Positions 25,801 to 37,650 of a stretch of 64,000 nucleotides of DNA are shown in pieces. Source of the stretch: Azolla caroliniana (taxonomy: Eukaryota > Plantae > Polypodiophyta); NCBI GenBank assembly GCA_043228905.1, contig JBHGNT010000020.1, forward strand, positions 15,376,001-15,440,000. The letters run 5' to 3'. How positions within the stretch are numbered: the first letter of the stretch is position 1; every line of letters begins with the position of its first letter. Position numbers and translations under genes: made by a program. Under the pieces are notes generated by a model. That model ran no database searches. It was not told the origin of the DNA and worked only from the letters and a program-made list of their open reading frames with translations.

Positions 25801-27599
25801 GGGTCAACGACAAAAGAAATGTAAGGTAGACCCTCAACTAGAATTAAAGTCACAAGCAGCCAAAGAAATTGATTTGACAATTGAAGAAGCGGCTGACGAC
25901 ATGAAGTAGTCTCTGTGGAGACCGATGCAAGGTATTAAGGACGAGCAGCTTCTTGTGTCTGTTTTGTCAAGGGTTGTGGCCAAAGATTTAAGCCTTGAAG
26001 AAATGGTCGCTGAGTTCAATAAGTAAGTCTTTCAAATAGTGATATTGAAGTCAATATCGTGCAATTGAAAGTTCTAATCACGTTTTTTAATTTCACAGTC
26101 ATCAGGTGTACATGAAGATCCAAGAAGTTATGATGAAACAACTTGGATGTATAACTTGGGAACAAGTGACCGAGGATTATCCTCTAACGTCTTCATATAA
26201 GGCATTATCAGAGTATTTTATTGCATTCAAGGATTGGGTTAGTATTGGTGGTTTTTCATTAAGCTTTCATTATATGTAGAGCTTGTATAATAAAACTTGA
26301 TATCCTATTGCTTCTATTAGAAACCGTGTCGTGACAAGAAACAAGGAGAAGTTAAGGATATACATGATTTCCTGACATCCTTCCTTGCACATCTCGAGAG
26401 AGCCAGAAAAGAAAAGGATCGTTGCTTAGTCAAGGCGTACAAAATGGAGGAAGATGGCTCCTTCAAAAAATTTAGCCACAAAAAAGATATTACGAGAGAT
26501 CTTTACTACAATGTGGTTTGCGGCGATGTCGTTGACATGATCCAAAAAGTGCCAAAGAAGGAATATATGCTAATGATTGTGGATATTCCTTACGGATTTC
26601 GAATGGCAAGGTCATCATACGACGATGAACCGTTTAGGTTTAAACAATTGGAGAAGATGGTCAAGGATTTTGTTGAGCTAACGACTGCATCCTTGTGGAG
26701 AATAGTTGTCTTTCATAGTATGGACCAAGGGTACTCGGTAGCTCAAGCTTTGAGATCTCGTTGCCATGGCATTGAGAACCTTGCGTGGTAAGGATTATTT
26801 ATATGTCTCATTCACTATATTGCCTTTCTTAAGATTGTTCCATTTATTCTTAACTCGATGTAATATTTGTTACAGAATAATAAAGGGCCAACCTTTCGGT
26901 TCGTTAATGCCATTGAATACATCACGGTTGGCTACTTTGATGAAATTAAGAAACAAAGAATCAAGGAGCATTCTAATGAAGTGGGAGGTTCAAAACTGAT
27001 GGTATATCCAGCAGTTACACGGAAATTGCGACATGTCACCACGACAGAACGGAGACTTGTCAACCCATACCAAAAACCTCAACGACTTATGATGCGCTTG
27101 ATTGCGATGTTTTCTGTCGAAGGAGACTGGATATTAGACCTCTTTTCTAGCATAGGTATTCCTCGAACTAGGGTAACGATCTTGAGATAACCAATACTAA
27201 ATCTTTTTTGTTTGAGAACTAATTCTTCTTGTTAGTTTCTTCACAGGAACGACGTCTGCATGTCCATTGAAGCTCTTTAGAAACAAAGTTGCATTGGAGA
27301 AGGACGAGGATCAGGTTATATTTATAAACATGAGGATTAAGGCTTTGTGGGAGTGCCCAGATCAGGACGAAGAGGTTGGTGCAAAAAACCTCGCTGATAT
27401 TGAAAGGTTTCAACCTACTTCGCGAGAGCCTATTCCTCCTTTGGCCGGGGAACCGGGGGAGCTAATCGAGCTTGATGATGAGCTTATAGAAGATATTTAG
27501 TTGGCTCGGCTAACAAGGGAAGCCAATGCACATATAGCCGAAGAGACTTCTATACAGGATGATGAAGAAAATGACATTCACGATTTGATTGCTATGTAA
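22805..27599 (+). pseudogene. Intron-containing ParB/Srx-like plus beta-class N6A/N4C DNA methyltransferase fusion gene (exons ~22805-22839 [duplicate 23751-23785], 24384-26022, 26099-26237, 26321-26787, 26876-27155, 27247-27599)
   Basis: ParB-like segment 'LPITHIHRPP...PFIVMVD...YFVIGGSHSAETRR...IYVGLTTEEA..YAWDQN...MSSIERIRF'. MTase motif IV 'MIVDIPYG' (26582), motif X 'NPYQKP' (27062) and motif I spliced across an intron 'DWILDLFSSI|GTTSAC.LKLFRN.VALEKD'. Several stops and a frameshift; the exon 4/5 junction phase is unclear. Confidence 0.85.
22887..23604. repeat. Array of ~14 palindromes CAGGAACTCGATACG-N-CGTATCGAGTTCCTG with ~20-bp AT-rich spacers (period ~51 bp)
   Basis: Units start near 22887, 22938, 22989, 23040, 23091, 23139, 23190, 23241, 23291, 23371, 23422, 23473, 23524 and 23574. 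Confidence 0.95.
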
Positions 27600-28646
27600 T
27601 AGACTCTTTTAAAAACACGAAATATATTGTTTGGATTTCACATTATTAATACAAATTTTGGGTTTTACTTGGTGGATTCTATTCTTTATAATCTTCTATA
27701 TGTTTCAATTTTATTTTTATATACTTGGTTAGTAGACTTATGACATTGGTTTCACCGCGTGCATTGCTGACTACCAAATTTATGGAGAAACATGTATTAG
27801 TTTAAATTGAGGCTGATTTTGGTTAAAGTTTACCTTAACATAACGTGGTCGTAGAATTGTTGCCATGATTGTCCATGTTGTTATTATGGATCTTTGTCTT
27901 CTATTGTTAAAACTATTATGTTTCTATTCCATTGCTGCTTAGATTGTGTAGTGTGTTGATAATGGTTCCACTAGCGTTATCCGCATGTTTTTATACGCTT
28001 GGAGTTCCACTAGTGTTATCGTTCGGAGATTGATCCCGTTTGAATCATCTAAGCAGTAGATTAGATTAATTTTAAATACAAGTATGAAAGCCTTAATAGG
28101 TTTGTTATTTCCACCACATTATCCTAAAGTTCACTGTCTTACATTGTCCACAGTTATATACATATGGTTTGATCCCATATGAACAAATTGAGGAATAGAT
28201 TAGATCAACTTTAAATACAAGTATTAAATACTTTAATAAGTTAGTTATTGCAATCACATTATCCTAAAGTGCACTATCCTACATTGTCCACAATTATATA
28301 CATGCAAGTATGGGTCAAAGTATAAATTCTAACTCATTTTATTAGTATGGTTACAAGTACACCTCATATTTTTGTAAAACGTACCAAATTAATATAAGTC
28401 TTTAACTTAGAGTTTCCCATGTCGCACATTAGTGACATATTGAGCCATTGTTGAACTTTATTATGCCTACATTAACTTATCAACACGTCCAAACTTGCAT
28501 GATTTCTAATGATCTCCACTCGTAGACCTATCATGTATTTTTATATTTGCAAATTCTAATCAAGTTGTGGAACATGTGATACTAGTGCATCCAATTTTTA
28601 TAGAGAGGGTATATTTGGATAGTTTCAAGAAGATTCTACAAGTGGA

Positions 28647-28682
28647 ATGCGCAATCCTTTCACTTGTGAACGCGAACGTGTT
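28647..28682 (-). repeat. Right terminal inverted repeat
   Basis: Reverse-complement match to 21147-21182, followed by TAAG. Confidence 0.93.
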
Positions 28683-29230
28683 TAAGGGTGGCCATTGGAC
28701 AACTTAGGATATCATCTCACCAACTTGACAGTGAGAATGGTCGGGCTAATAGAGTCCCTATAGAAGAAAGGCTATGTAAGTTATGCCACATAGAGATAGA
28801 GGATGAGCATCACTTCACATGCAAGTGCCCAACTTATGCCGAGATACGGGTGGAATACCAAGACATATTAGGACCCTCTCCCACCCTCTCCAAACTATTA
28901 GATACCCCGAGTGTAAAGAGACTAGGTAGGTATATTTTAGAGCTAAAACAACATAGGGAGAATAAATTACAAAGTGTTAACCATAACCCTTTTACTATTC
29001 ATCAACATGTAACTAGTGTAAATTTTCAGGAACAAGGGGAGACGATGAATGTGGATGCACTTACGTCGTTCGGCCTCTCTCTTGAGGAAGTAGAAATGCA
29101 AAGAACAACTAAACGCCCTTGGATGTTGGGCTTCAAAACAAGTCGGCGTGGAGTAGAAAAGATTAAGAAAATAAGGGAACGTGAGCTACGTCGACTAGAA
29201 GCTATGGTTGGGGTACCTTTTACATCGACA
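28683..29230 (+). mobile_element. RTE-type LINE C-terminal part, continuing 19206-21146
   Basis: 'VAIGQLRISSHQL..ENGR..RVPIEERLCKLCHIEIEDEHHFTCKCPTYAEIR' C-terminal Zn motif. It ends where a Copia LTR begins. Confidence 0.9.
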
Positions 29231-30630
29231 TGTAAAGAATCATGTATCATTCTTGTGTAGTGGAAGAGATGTGTGTTATGTGTATATGTGAAAGGAATTA
29301 GAGGAGAGATGAGAGAACACAAGATAGATAGAAAAAGGAATAGTCAAGAAGAAAGTGTATATTTCACAAGTAGAATAAGAATTACAAAGTGTAGCATAAT
29401 AAGGAGTCACAACCAACTTAGTATGAAGTATGAGGAGGGTGCTTTATATACAGTCACCCTCTCTCTTCATTAACTTACAACAACCACTCTCTCTCTTGGG
29501 GAATGTGAGGACTCATAGTCATGGGGAATATGTAACTCATTAGTTATGTGTCATAGAATATGATTTTATGACACATAGTTAATGTGTAGAGAGTAGTGGT
29601 GTGACTCTTGACCTTTGAGTAATCATAGATTCTCAAAAGGTGTGTTCACATGTGGTGCTAGGTTGAGCTTGTTTCTCCACACGCTCCCTCAAGCTCAAGT
29701 CGGGTTTGATGTCCGTTTTGGTTGGTATCCGGTTCGGACGATCTCCGATGTCCGTTTCGGCTCGTACCTGGTTCGGACAGTATCCGATCGGACGGTATCC
29801 GGTTCTCGCTTGTACTCCCCCTCAAGCTTGGCAAGTCAGGAATCGTCAATCCAAGGTCTGACATGAATTGTGGAAGCTTGTCGGCTCCTAAGGCTTTGGT
29901 GAAGCTGTTGGCCGTCTGAAGGTTCGTGTTGATGTGTTGAAGGTCGACATCTCCGGCCTGTACGCGCTCTCGATTGAAGTGATAGTACACTTCGATGTGC
30001 TTTGTGCGAGCGTGGAACACCGAATTCCGAGCCAGATATATATTGCTCATGTTGTCGCAGTAAATCGGAGTCGGATCCTTGATGGGGACGCCCAGATCCT
30101 TCAAAATCCTCTTGAGCCATACGACTTCACATGCAGCTACGGTTGCGCCCCTGTATTCGGCCTCCGTACTCAAAAGTGCGACGGTAGGCTGCTTCTTACT
30201 ACTCCAAGATATTGCACCGTTACCGAGCAAGAAGACAAATCCGGAGGTTGATCGTCGATCAGCTTTATAGCCTACCCCGTTCGCAGTTGTGTACCCTTCG
30301 AGTCGTATTGGTGTGGCCTATGCGCCGAGAATGTCGTAATCCATTGTGCCGCTCACATATATCGTAATACTCGCTTAGCATAATCCAAGTGAATGTCGCG
30401 TGGTTTTTGCATGAATTGGCTTTGGAGTTCGATTGGATAGCTAAGGTTGGGTCGAGTGATCGTTAGATAGATGAGGCTCCCGATCAGTTGACGATATTGG
30501 GTCGGCTCGCACTCGTCTGTGCTGGAGTGAGCATCTAGTTAAAGGTTTCAATCGAGAGGCGTAGCCACCGATTTGCACTCAGTCATCCCGAACTTGTATA
30601 ATAAGTTGAGGATGTAGTGCCGTTGAGAGA

Positions 30631-31003
30631 TGTTGAGAATCAAGCTCAACTTGGTCTAGTGTGTGAACTCACCTTCAGAGTGAATAGACACTCCAACGGT
30701 CAAGAGTCACCATTATGTCACCACTTTGTATTCAAACATTTAGTATGAGTCATAGAATCATATTCTATGACACATAACTTATGAGCTTTCACATTCCGCA
30801 TGCTCCATGAGTCTTGTTGTTAATATAGAGAGAGAGGGTGACTATATAAAGCACGCTCCTCCCACCTTTATTAATATACTCTTACCTTGCGTATTCTCTG
30901 GGTCTTATTCCTTGTCTCTCTCACTCTCTCTCTCTCTCTTTCATACACACACATAACTCATATCTCTTCCGCTTCACAAGAATCCATCTCTTGATTGTTT
31001 ACA
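30631..31003 (+). mobile_element. Solo LTR with AGAGA TSD, related to the host element's own LTR but in opposite orientation
   Basis: TGTTGAGAATCAAG...CTTGATTGTTTACA with AGAGA on both sides. Absent from the paralog at ~714. Similar to the reverse complement of 29231-29681. Confidence 0.92.
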
Positions 31004-31470
31004 AGAGATCATAATGCCGTTCAGAATCTGAATTACTTCGATGCCCATGAAGTAATGGAGCTCCTTCATGTCCGTCATCTCAAATTTTCTGTAGAGGAGG
31101 GACTTGACCTTGTTGATGTTGATTAGACTTTCACCTCCAATGACCAGATCATCCACGTATAGGATGATACAATTAGGCTTCTAGAGTCATGTCGTACATA
31201 GAGGGAGTTGCCAGATTTCGACATTCAAAAGCCAATTTGATGAAGATATTGTGTAATCTTCGAATGCCAAGCACGCGGTGCTTGCTTGAGGCCATAGAGA
31301 GGCTTCTTGACTTGGCATACAACTTTTGGATGAATGCGTGATTCGAAGCCGGGTGGTTGTACCATGTACACCTCCTCTTCTAATTCGCCTTGAAGAAAGG
31401 CGTTCTTGATGTCCATTTGGTGGAGGTGCCACCCTTTTGCCATTGCAAGTGCGATAACGGTCTGCACCAT

Positions 31471-32302
31471 TGTCGTAGTGTATTTCGTACACTACGTGAA
31501 AAATTGCATTTTGGTTCCTACAGATGGGATAAGGACGACCCGGTAAGAACCGGATCAAGCAGAACCAGCAAGAGCCGGATGAAGAAGGCCGGTGAGAGTC
31601 TCTCACCGGATGAAGAGACATATTTATAAATAGAAGAAAGTATAAAAATATATATTACATGCATAGGGAAAGATTCAAACCTTGTACCTCCATGTTTATA
31701 ATGTAAAGCCTTACCATTACACTAACATATCATTAGTGTTAAAAAAGAAAACGTCCCACATAGAAAGGTAAGTTCGCGCTAGGATAAACTTTAGTTCTAG
31801 AAGAAAACGCATGATAAAAGAAAAAGCTACGCATGGAAATGTAGCGTGCATGAACACCATAGTCGATAAAAACGCATGAAGTTAGAAAAAGTAGGATCAC
31901 TTTAGAAAAAGCATGTTAGAGAAAGCATAGAGTCTATTTATAGAAAAAGCATGGATTGTCAAGACTCTCTCATCACTATATAAGGATGAGGAGCACAATG
32001 TAATGGTGTGTGAAAAATTTGGGAATTGGATATATTTCTAAAAAACACCAATTAATAAATTATACTCGTGGGATTCACGAGATTTCTATATCCTTCTCTT
32101 TCTATTTAAATTCATATTATTATCCTAATATTGAATAATCTAATACAATACACTCGTGGGATTCATGAGGTTTCTATATCTCTTTCCTACAACCTATCTA
32201 TATTCTAATTAGTCTCAAATTCTTCCTCCTCCTAGTCCAAAACCCCAACGGTTCCCACCTGACTCACGCAACAATCCGGCGTCGAAAGGCAGGACTCTGT
32301 CA
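31471..32302 (+). mobile_element. Probable solo LTR (832 bp)
   Basis: TGTCGTAGT...ACTCTGTCA ends and an internal CTATATAAGG box. Absent from the paralog at ~1175. No clean TSD. Confidence 0.65.
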
Positions 32303-33196
32303 TCATCTTTGCCACCGGGGCAAAGGTCTCTTCATAGTCAACCCCATGTGTTTGTGCATATCCTTTCGCTACGAGTCGAGCTTTATAGTGGTTGACGGAG
32401 CCTTCGGTATTATACTTCACCTGGTAGATCGATCTACAACCAATTGCCTTCTTGTGCGATGAGTGGGGAACGAGATCCCATGTCTCGTTCTTGCGCACTG
32501 CACGCATCTCCTCATTCATTGCTTTGATCCATCGCGGGTCCTTCGTGGCTTCGGAAAAGGTTTCCGGCTTCCGTACAGTTGCCACCTTCATCATAAATGC
32601 GTAATGGTACACTATGTACTCATCATAGCCGAATCGGCTTACGGGGTTCTTTTCACGGGTGGATCTTCGAAGCTTCTCGTTTGCGGATTCTAAGGCTTTC
32701 TTCACTCCATTTGTCCGGATGTCAAGGACTTCGAACTCACTATCAAGGAAGGGAGTCGATTCGATGCCATCGAAATGATCGTCTTCATACTCCAGCATTT
32801 TAACCTTCCCTGTGCCTAGCTTCGGACTTGGTCGATATGTGCTTTGATCGCTCGGAGGCTCTTGTGGTCTGCTCAATCGTGTTGTGATCGGACTTTCTTC
32901 GAACATGCGCGTAAGGCGATTTTTATCCTCTATCTCTTGTTCGGCGGATTCCGGGTCGAGCGGATGAAGGTTGATATGGCCAATCTGCTTGTGCCATAAC
33001 TCTATGTCGAACTCGACTTTCGTGACTTTCGGGAACATTTTCAATTTCATCTCGTGCGAGTCGAGAATGAACATTCGGCCCTCTCTTCGTCTGCGCGCGA
33101 TGAGTAGGCCCTCTTTTTCGATGAAGCAACCGCCTTGATTAAATCGAACTTGCATTCCTTGCTCTACAATTTGGCCGACGGAGACCAAATTCTTCG

Positions 33197-34944
33197 ACGA
33201 TGACCTCGATGTCGCATCGAACGGCTCTGTCTACTTCACAGACAGCAGCTCCAAGTATCAGAGAAGGTTTAGAGAGGCTATCTATTAACTACATCAATTA
33301 GCCTTGATTCTTTTGGGTTGGTCATATGCTATAAAATAATAAGTTCGGTGGTGCAGGAACTTCTTCCTGCTCGTACTGTCTAGGGACGATTCGGGGAGGG
33401 TTATAAGATATGATCCTGCGACAGGGAAGAGCAGTGTCATCTTATCAGGGTTGCAGTTCCCCAATGGTCTCTCGCTTAGCAGAGATGAGTCCTTCCTCAT
33501 CATTGCGGAAACTGTTCCCGGCAAGTAATCCTTGCGCTCCTCTTCTTGGTCTGTTGGTATGTATGCTCTTCTTCTTCTTCTTCTTCTTCTTCTTCTTCTT
33601 CTTGTGCATCCAAGGTGTTGTTGAGAAAATGCTTTCCTCTCTTCTCCAAGACTGCGATCATGGACAGAGAGGGGTTGTTGAGTTTTTGGGTGGGACATGT
33701 CTTCATGCCATAAACACTAAATAGAGTAAAAGTGAGGCACTATTGCCAAGGGCTAGGGTGGGGTGTCCCTAGACCCTTCTGTGTGCGATCATCATCAACG
33801 TTTTAAAAACTCCATGGCTATGGCCATTGTAATATTGCTCTACCTACATTCGTACAATGATGTTTGAGACCTATGCATCCTTGATTTGTTTGTGATGGGA
33901 GGGACGATCACCACCTTCAAAATATGGCGTGCATACCAAACACATTGGTTTGGCTTCGGCGTTCACGTTGTTGTCAAGTGAATGTCATAAAAGGCCCTCC
34001 CGGCTTTGAGCTCAACATTTCGTTGTACATATCTTGCCAAAGCTGACGTAATTCAAAGCTTTCATAAAAACAAAAGCTTATGATGTTGTTTGGTCATTTC
34101 AATTGAAGTAATGTCCCCAAGCACCTACTAGTTTGTGTATGCGTGCCTTCCGTAGAGTAATATTTTCGAGGGGGAGAGGGTACAACCAACACTTTGTTTT
34201 GATCAATTAGTCACGTTGAGAGAGGAAAGAGAGGTGTACCGTGTGAGAGAGAATGCTTTTTGCAATGGTGGTGCGCGTGTGTGTGGGCATGTGGAATGTT
34301 GAAAGCCCATTAAGGCTTTTGTCCATTTAAGAAGGGCTCGCTTTGGAAGAGAGTGATGCAATGTTTCCTTAAGATATGCGCCATTTGTTTTGCATACTTA
34401 TGAAAAAGAAAGAACATGACAAATAAAGAAAGTCGTTATTGAAATGAGTGCATAGCCTTTTTTCTTTTTAGGGTACCATATCCCCCACAAGGAGGCCCAC
34501 ACACATATTGTCAAACCTTGTGTATATGGACAAAGAAATAGGAGGCCACTTGTTTTGTCAAACTATATAATATCTTTCAACAACGCTATACATGACAGGG
34601 ACATCATTGTCAACGTTCTAGATATATAGAGCAACAAATACATAGAAGTTGTTTTGAGATAGCTAGCTACTAGATAATTGCCTTTTGATTCCATTTTTTA
34701 TAATCTATATGTCTTTAACATACCATCACTTATTGTATTCAATGAACAGAAAAAACCTATAATTGCATTCAATAAACACAAGAAACCTATTGTTGCCATC
34801 AATAAATATAGGAAATCTATCGGCTTTTACCAAACGATACATGTTCAAATCTTATTTATTGTCTCTATCGAACAATTGAAGTTTCAGTCGTTAGTTTCAT
34901 GTTATTTTCTCCATTTCCATAAGTTTCATGTGACTAGATTCTAC
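33197..34944 (+). pseudogene. Partial SSL gene copy (end of exon 2, intron 2, exon 3, intron 3)
   Basis: Matches 15673-16869 ('gacctcgatgtcgcatc..tctgtctacttcac..'). Confidence 0.9.
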
Positions 34945-35467
34945 TAGATTCCATGACAAATACCACATTGAACCGTCTAGCAAGATCTACCGATTTCTGA
35001 TGACAAAAGAAAAGACCATTGATTGAGCGGTTCGAGTTCACCTTGAAATTGAAGATAAAGTTGCCAATGGAGATCTCATCATACAACGGTTGAATTGGCG
35101 AGTGCCCGTCAAGAAACTCGGCTCTTGCAACCACTTTTTCGTTGTAGATTTCTTTCCTGGTGGTCCATTGATTTCTGGTTTTTTCTCTCAAGTAGGCCAG
35201 AGTTGAAGCCGCACCAGTTCCAACATTTGCCATGTCTCGAACAATGGCTTTTTCTGTTTCAGTTAGTCTACGAGTCGTTGATATACCACCAAGATTGTTA
35301 GAAATAGGATGGTTGGGTGCAATAGCTGCCTTTTTAATAGTCCACTATCCCATTTTCTTCGAGAAGTTTGCTCTAACGAAGAATGGGCAGTCCATTAGAT
35401 GAGTCGCCGTTTGTCTTTTGCGAGTATCGTCAGTCAAGCCTAGAGGGGTGTGATATTTTCCCCCATG
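34945..35467 (-). mobile_element. MULE transposase fragment (third copy)
   Basis: Colinear with 3046-3566: 'STLAYLREKT.NQWTTRKEIYNEK...GLFFCHQKSVDLARRFNVVFVM'. Confidence 0.8.
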
Positions 35468-36175
35468 AGCTATGTTGTTGCTTGAAGCCGTACTGGTATC
35501 ATTTGTTCATGATGGTTCCTCCCATATGTAGGACAAATTTGGTTCCATATACTATTATAGTCTTTTCTATTTTATCTACCTCACCGTGTGGTTCAAGATT
35601 GACATGAGCAGAATGTTACTCCATGCCATCCAATAGATATCACAAATACGATATTTTTACGTACAAATCCATCTTCATTTGCTCATGGTTTTCGAATGAA
35701 TCTGGATGTTGTTGATTCAGAGGGAAGCGAGGAGTTATTTCCCTGATTTCCTATGGTAGTTTGTAACTTGTGAGGGAAATCGTAGACTAAGGGCCACATG
35801 GAAAATTGTGCAATTAATCAACAACCCTATTTTATAAAGGTAAAAAGAGTTTAGATGCCTGGACTACTATGTCAATTATGAGTGGTGGTGTAACAAAGTT
35901 GTTGAAAACTACCCTATTTTGCAAGTCTTTCGAAATTGTGCCTGCTACCATTGCTTTTCGATCATGGGCACTATTCGAAATCCTCAATTTTGTCAATCCT
36001 TGCTTGCATGTACAATCTCTTTTTCGAATGACATGTCTTGCCACTGGAAACCCAAGCTTCATTGTGGCTTCCTGCCATGTAGGAATTGCTATATGCTTAC
36101 ATGTGATGCAACAACTAGAATAAGCAACCGAATTTTCAAGAATTTTACTTATCAAGGTTGGACTTGAGAGGGATA

Positions 36176-37627
36176 ATGAAGATGGCAGCAATAAACAGAG
36201 TGCGAGGAGCGATGGTAGAACAACGGCCAATACCTGATTCGACGCACAAAGGGGGTTCCGATGTACCTCCCCTCGATCAGCCTTCTACCTCTCCCCATAT
36301 TTCAGGTAAGGTCGTCTCACTCTCCTTGTTAGATAATGATAAGAATATTGTGTTGGCAGAAGTACAACGACTACAGGAGGTTTCTCTGGTAGCTCATATG
36401 GAAGGATCAAGGCCAAATAGGCCTGAGTTGCGTCGAATGTTGTACGCTTCCTTCCCAGAAGAAATCAACATTGTTATGGACATCCAATTCATGGGCAAAG
36501 GATGTTATTATTTGGAGTTTGCCGATTCTTCTTCAGTGGATCGTTTGTTGAAGATGAAACAAACAACAATGCAGGGCAATTCGATATCTTTCTACAGGTG
36601 GACTCATAATGTGGTTGCAGATGATATTTTGCAGCACAAAGAAGCCCAGATGATCTTTACAGCCGTTTTTCCAGGATTGAAGAAAGAATGGCATCAAGTA
36701 TTAGCTCAAATAGGTTCTCTTTTAGGTATTGTAATAGCGATTAAAGATGAGGCGTCACATGAAGATGAGCGTATACGAGGAGCACCAGCAATGAGGATTT
36801 TGGCCCCCCGAAATAGTGTTTTACCATCTTCAGTGTTGCTGCCAAATTTGCAAGAAAATAAAGAGCCATTGCCCCAAAGGATTGTGTATCAGGGGCTTCC
36901 GGATCAATGTTTTATATGTAGGCATTTTGGGCATTTAGGGAAGGATTGTCCTCGGAAACGTTATAGATCAGAGGAGGCCCCTAAGCCAACTACTAAGGTG
37001 GGGAGATCTGACTGGACTCCAGTAGCAGCTAAACATACTTTTAAACAATTTAACTCACCAATCAATTCTATAGTTTTGTTCGATGGTAATCCGTACAATA
37101 CTTTGAATAACGATGAAGATAGGAATATCTCCTCACAAAATATTGTAAGGGAGAAGAATAACGTTGTTGAAATACAGAATCCAACAACCTCGAAACATGA
37201 TCATGAAGCCTTGACTATTAAAGAAAGTAAGGATAGACATCATGGTAATCGTTTGGGGGATAAAGGGAAGCATATCATTCAATCCTTGCCTCACCCAGTG
37301 CCTCAGGACAAGGCGCGACAAATTGACTGTTCGGGGATTGACATGGATTGTGAAAAGGAGTTATCGTTAGTAATCTATGAGGAGGATCCATCAAAACAAA
37401 AGTCTCTCTCCGTAGTGGAAACGATGGTTGCTCAAGATATTAATGATTTTTCCTTTTCGGCAGTAACTTTGGTTCCACATGATAGTATGACATTGGACAA
37501 AGCAATGCCAATCTATGCACATAAATACTCCAGTAAAGATATGATGATAACTAGAAGACAATTACGTGTTGCTGAAGAAGGAAAACGCCGAGGACAAGTT
37601 TTGGCCGGAAAAAGGACAGTTTCATAA
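36176..37627 (+). CDS. LINE ORF1 protein (DUF4283-like plus CCHC zinc knuckle)
   Basis: Open frame with 'FMGKGCYYLEF' and 'YQGLPDQCFICRHFGHLGKDCP'. Confidence 0.85.
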   Translation: MKMAAINRVRGAMVEQRPIPDSTHKGGSDVPPLDQPSTSPHISGKVVSLSLLDNDKNIVLAEVQRLQEVSLVAHMEGSRPNRPELRRMLYASFPEEINIVMDIQFMGKGCYYLEFADSSSVDRLLKMKQTTMQGNSISFYRWTHNVVADDILQHKEAQMIFTAVFPGLKKEWHQVLAQIGSLLGIVIAIKDEASHEDERIRGAPAMRILAPRNSVLPSSVLLPNLQENKEPLPQRIVYQGLPDQCFICRHFGHLGKDCPRKRYRSEEAPKPTTKVGRSDWTPVAAKHTFKQFNSPINSIVLFDGNPYNTLNNDEDRNISSQNIVREKNNVVEIQNPTTSKHDHEALTIKESKDRHHGNRLGDKGKHIIQSLPHPVPQDKARQIDCSGIDMDCEKELSLVIYEEDPSKQKSLSVVETMVAQDINDFSFSAVTLVPHDSMTLDKAMPIYAHKYSSKDMMITRRQLRVAEEGKRRGQVLAGKRTVS

Positions 37628-37650
37628 TACTTAGTTCTTTATTATTATTA

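Larger units (their letters stand above)
21147..28682. mobile_element. TIR DNA transposon (36-bp TIRs, 4-bp TAAG TSD) carrying a ParB-like/DNA amino-methyltransferase gene; non-autonomous copy
   Basis: Left TIR AACACGTTTGCGTTCACAAGTGGAAGGATCGCACAT versus right TIR reverse complement AACACGTTCGCGTTCACAAGTGAAAGGATTGCGCAT (32/36). TAAG at 21143-21146 and 28683-28686. Removing the element restores the LINE frame 'SNALR|VAIGQLR'. Confidence 0.93.
29231..33196 (-). mobile_element. Ty1/Copia 3' portion: LTR 29231-29681, RNase H, RT and partial pre-integrase region (integrase core deleted), with two nested insertions
   Basis: TG..CA LTR with a purine-rich tract next to it. Peptides 'LGNGAISWSSKKQPTVAL.STEAEY', 'YKARLVAKGYAQTHGVDYEETFAPVAK' and 'KNLVSVGQIVEQG'. 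Confidence 0.93.

Noticed and set aside
22805-27599. Bacterial contamination as the source of the MTase gene
   Set aside because: It has spliceosomal introns (one splits motif I) and a TATA box, is flanked by a TSD within a plant LINE, and a second copy is interrupted by a plant Copia element.
28030-28303. ~135-bp diverged direct repeat near the right TIR
   Set aside because: It looks like an ordinary subterminal tandem duplication, with no coding or structural signal seen.
31471-31500. Helitron 3' end suggested by the hairpin
   Set aside because: No CTRR terminus at the expected spacing. TG..CA ends and an internal TATA box fit an LTR better.
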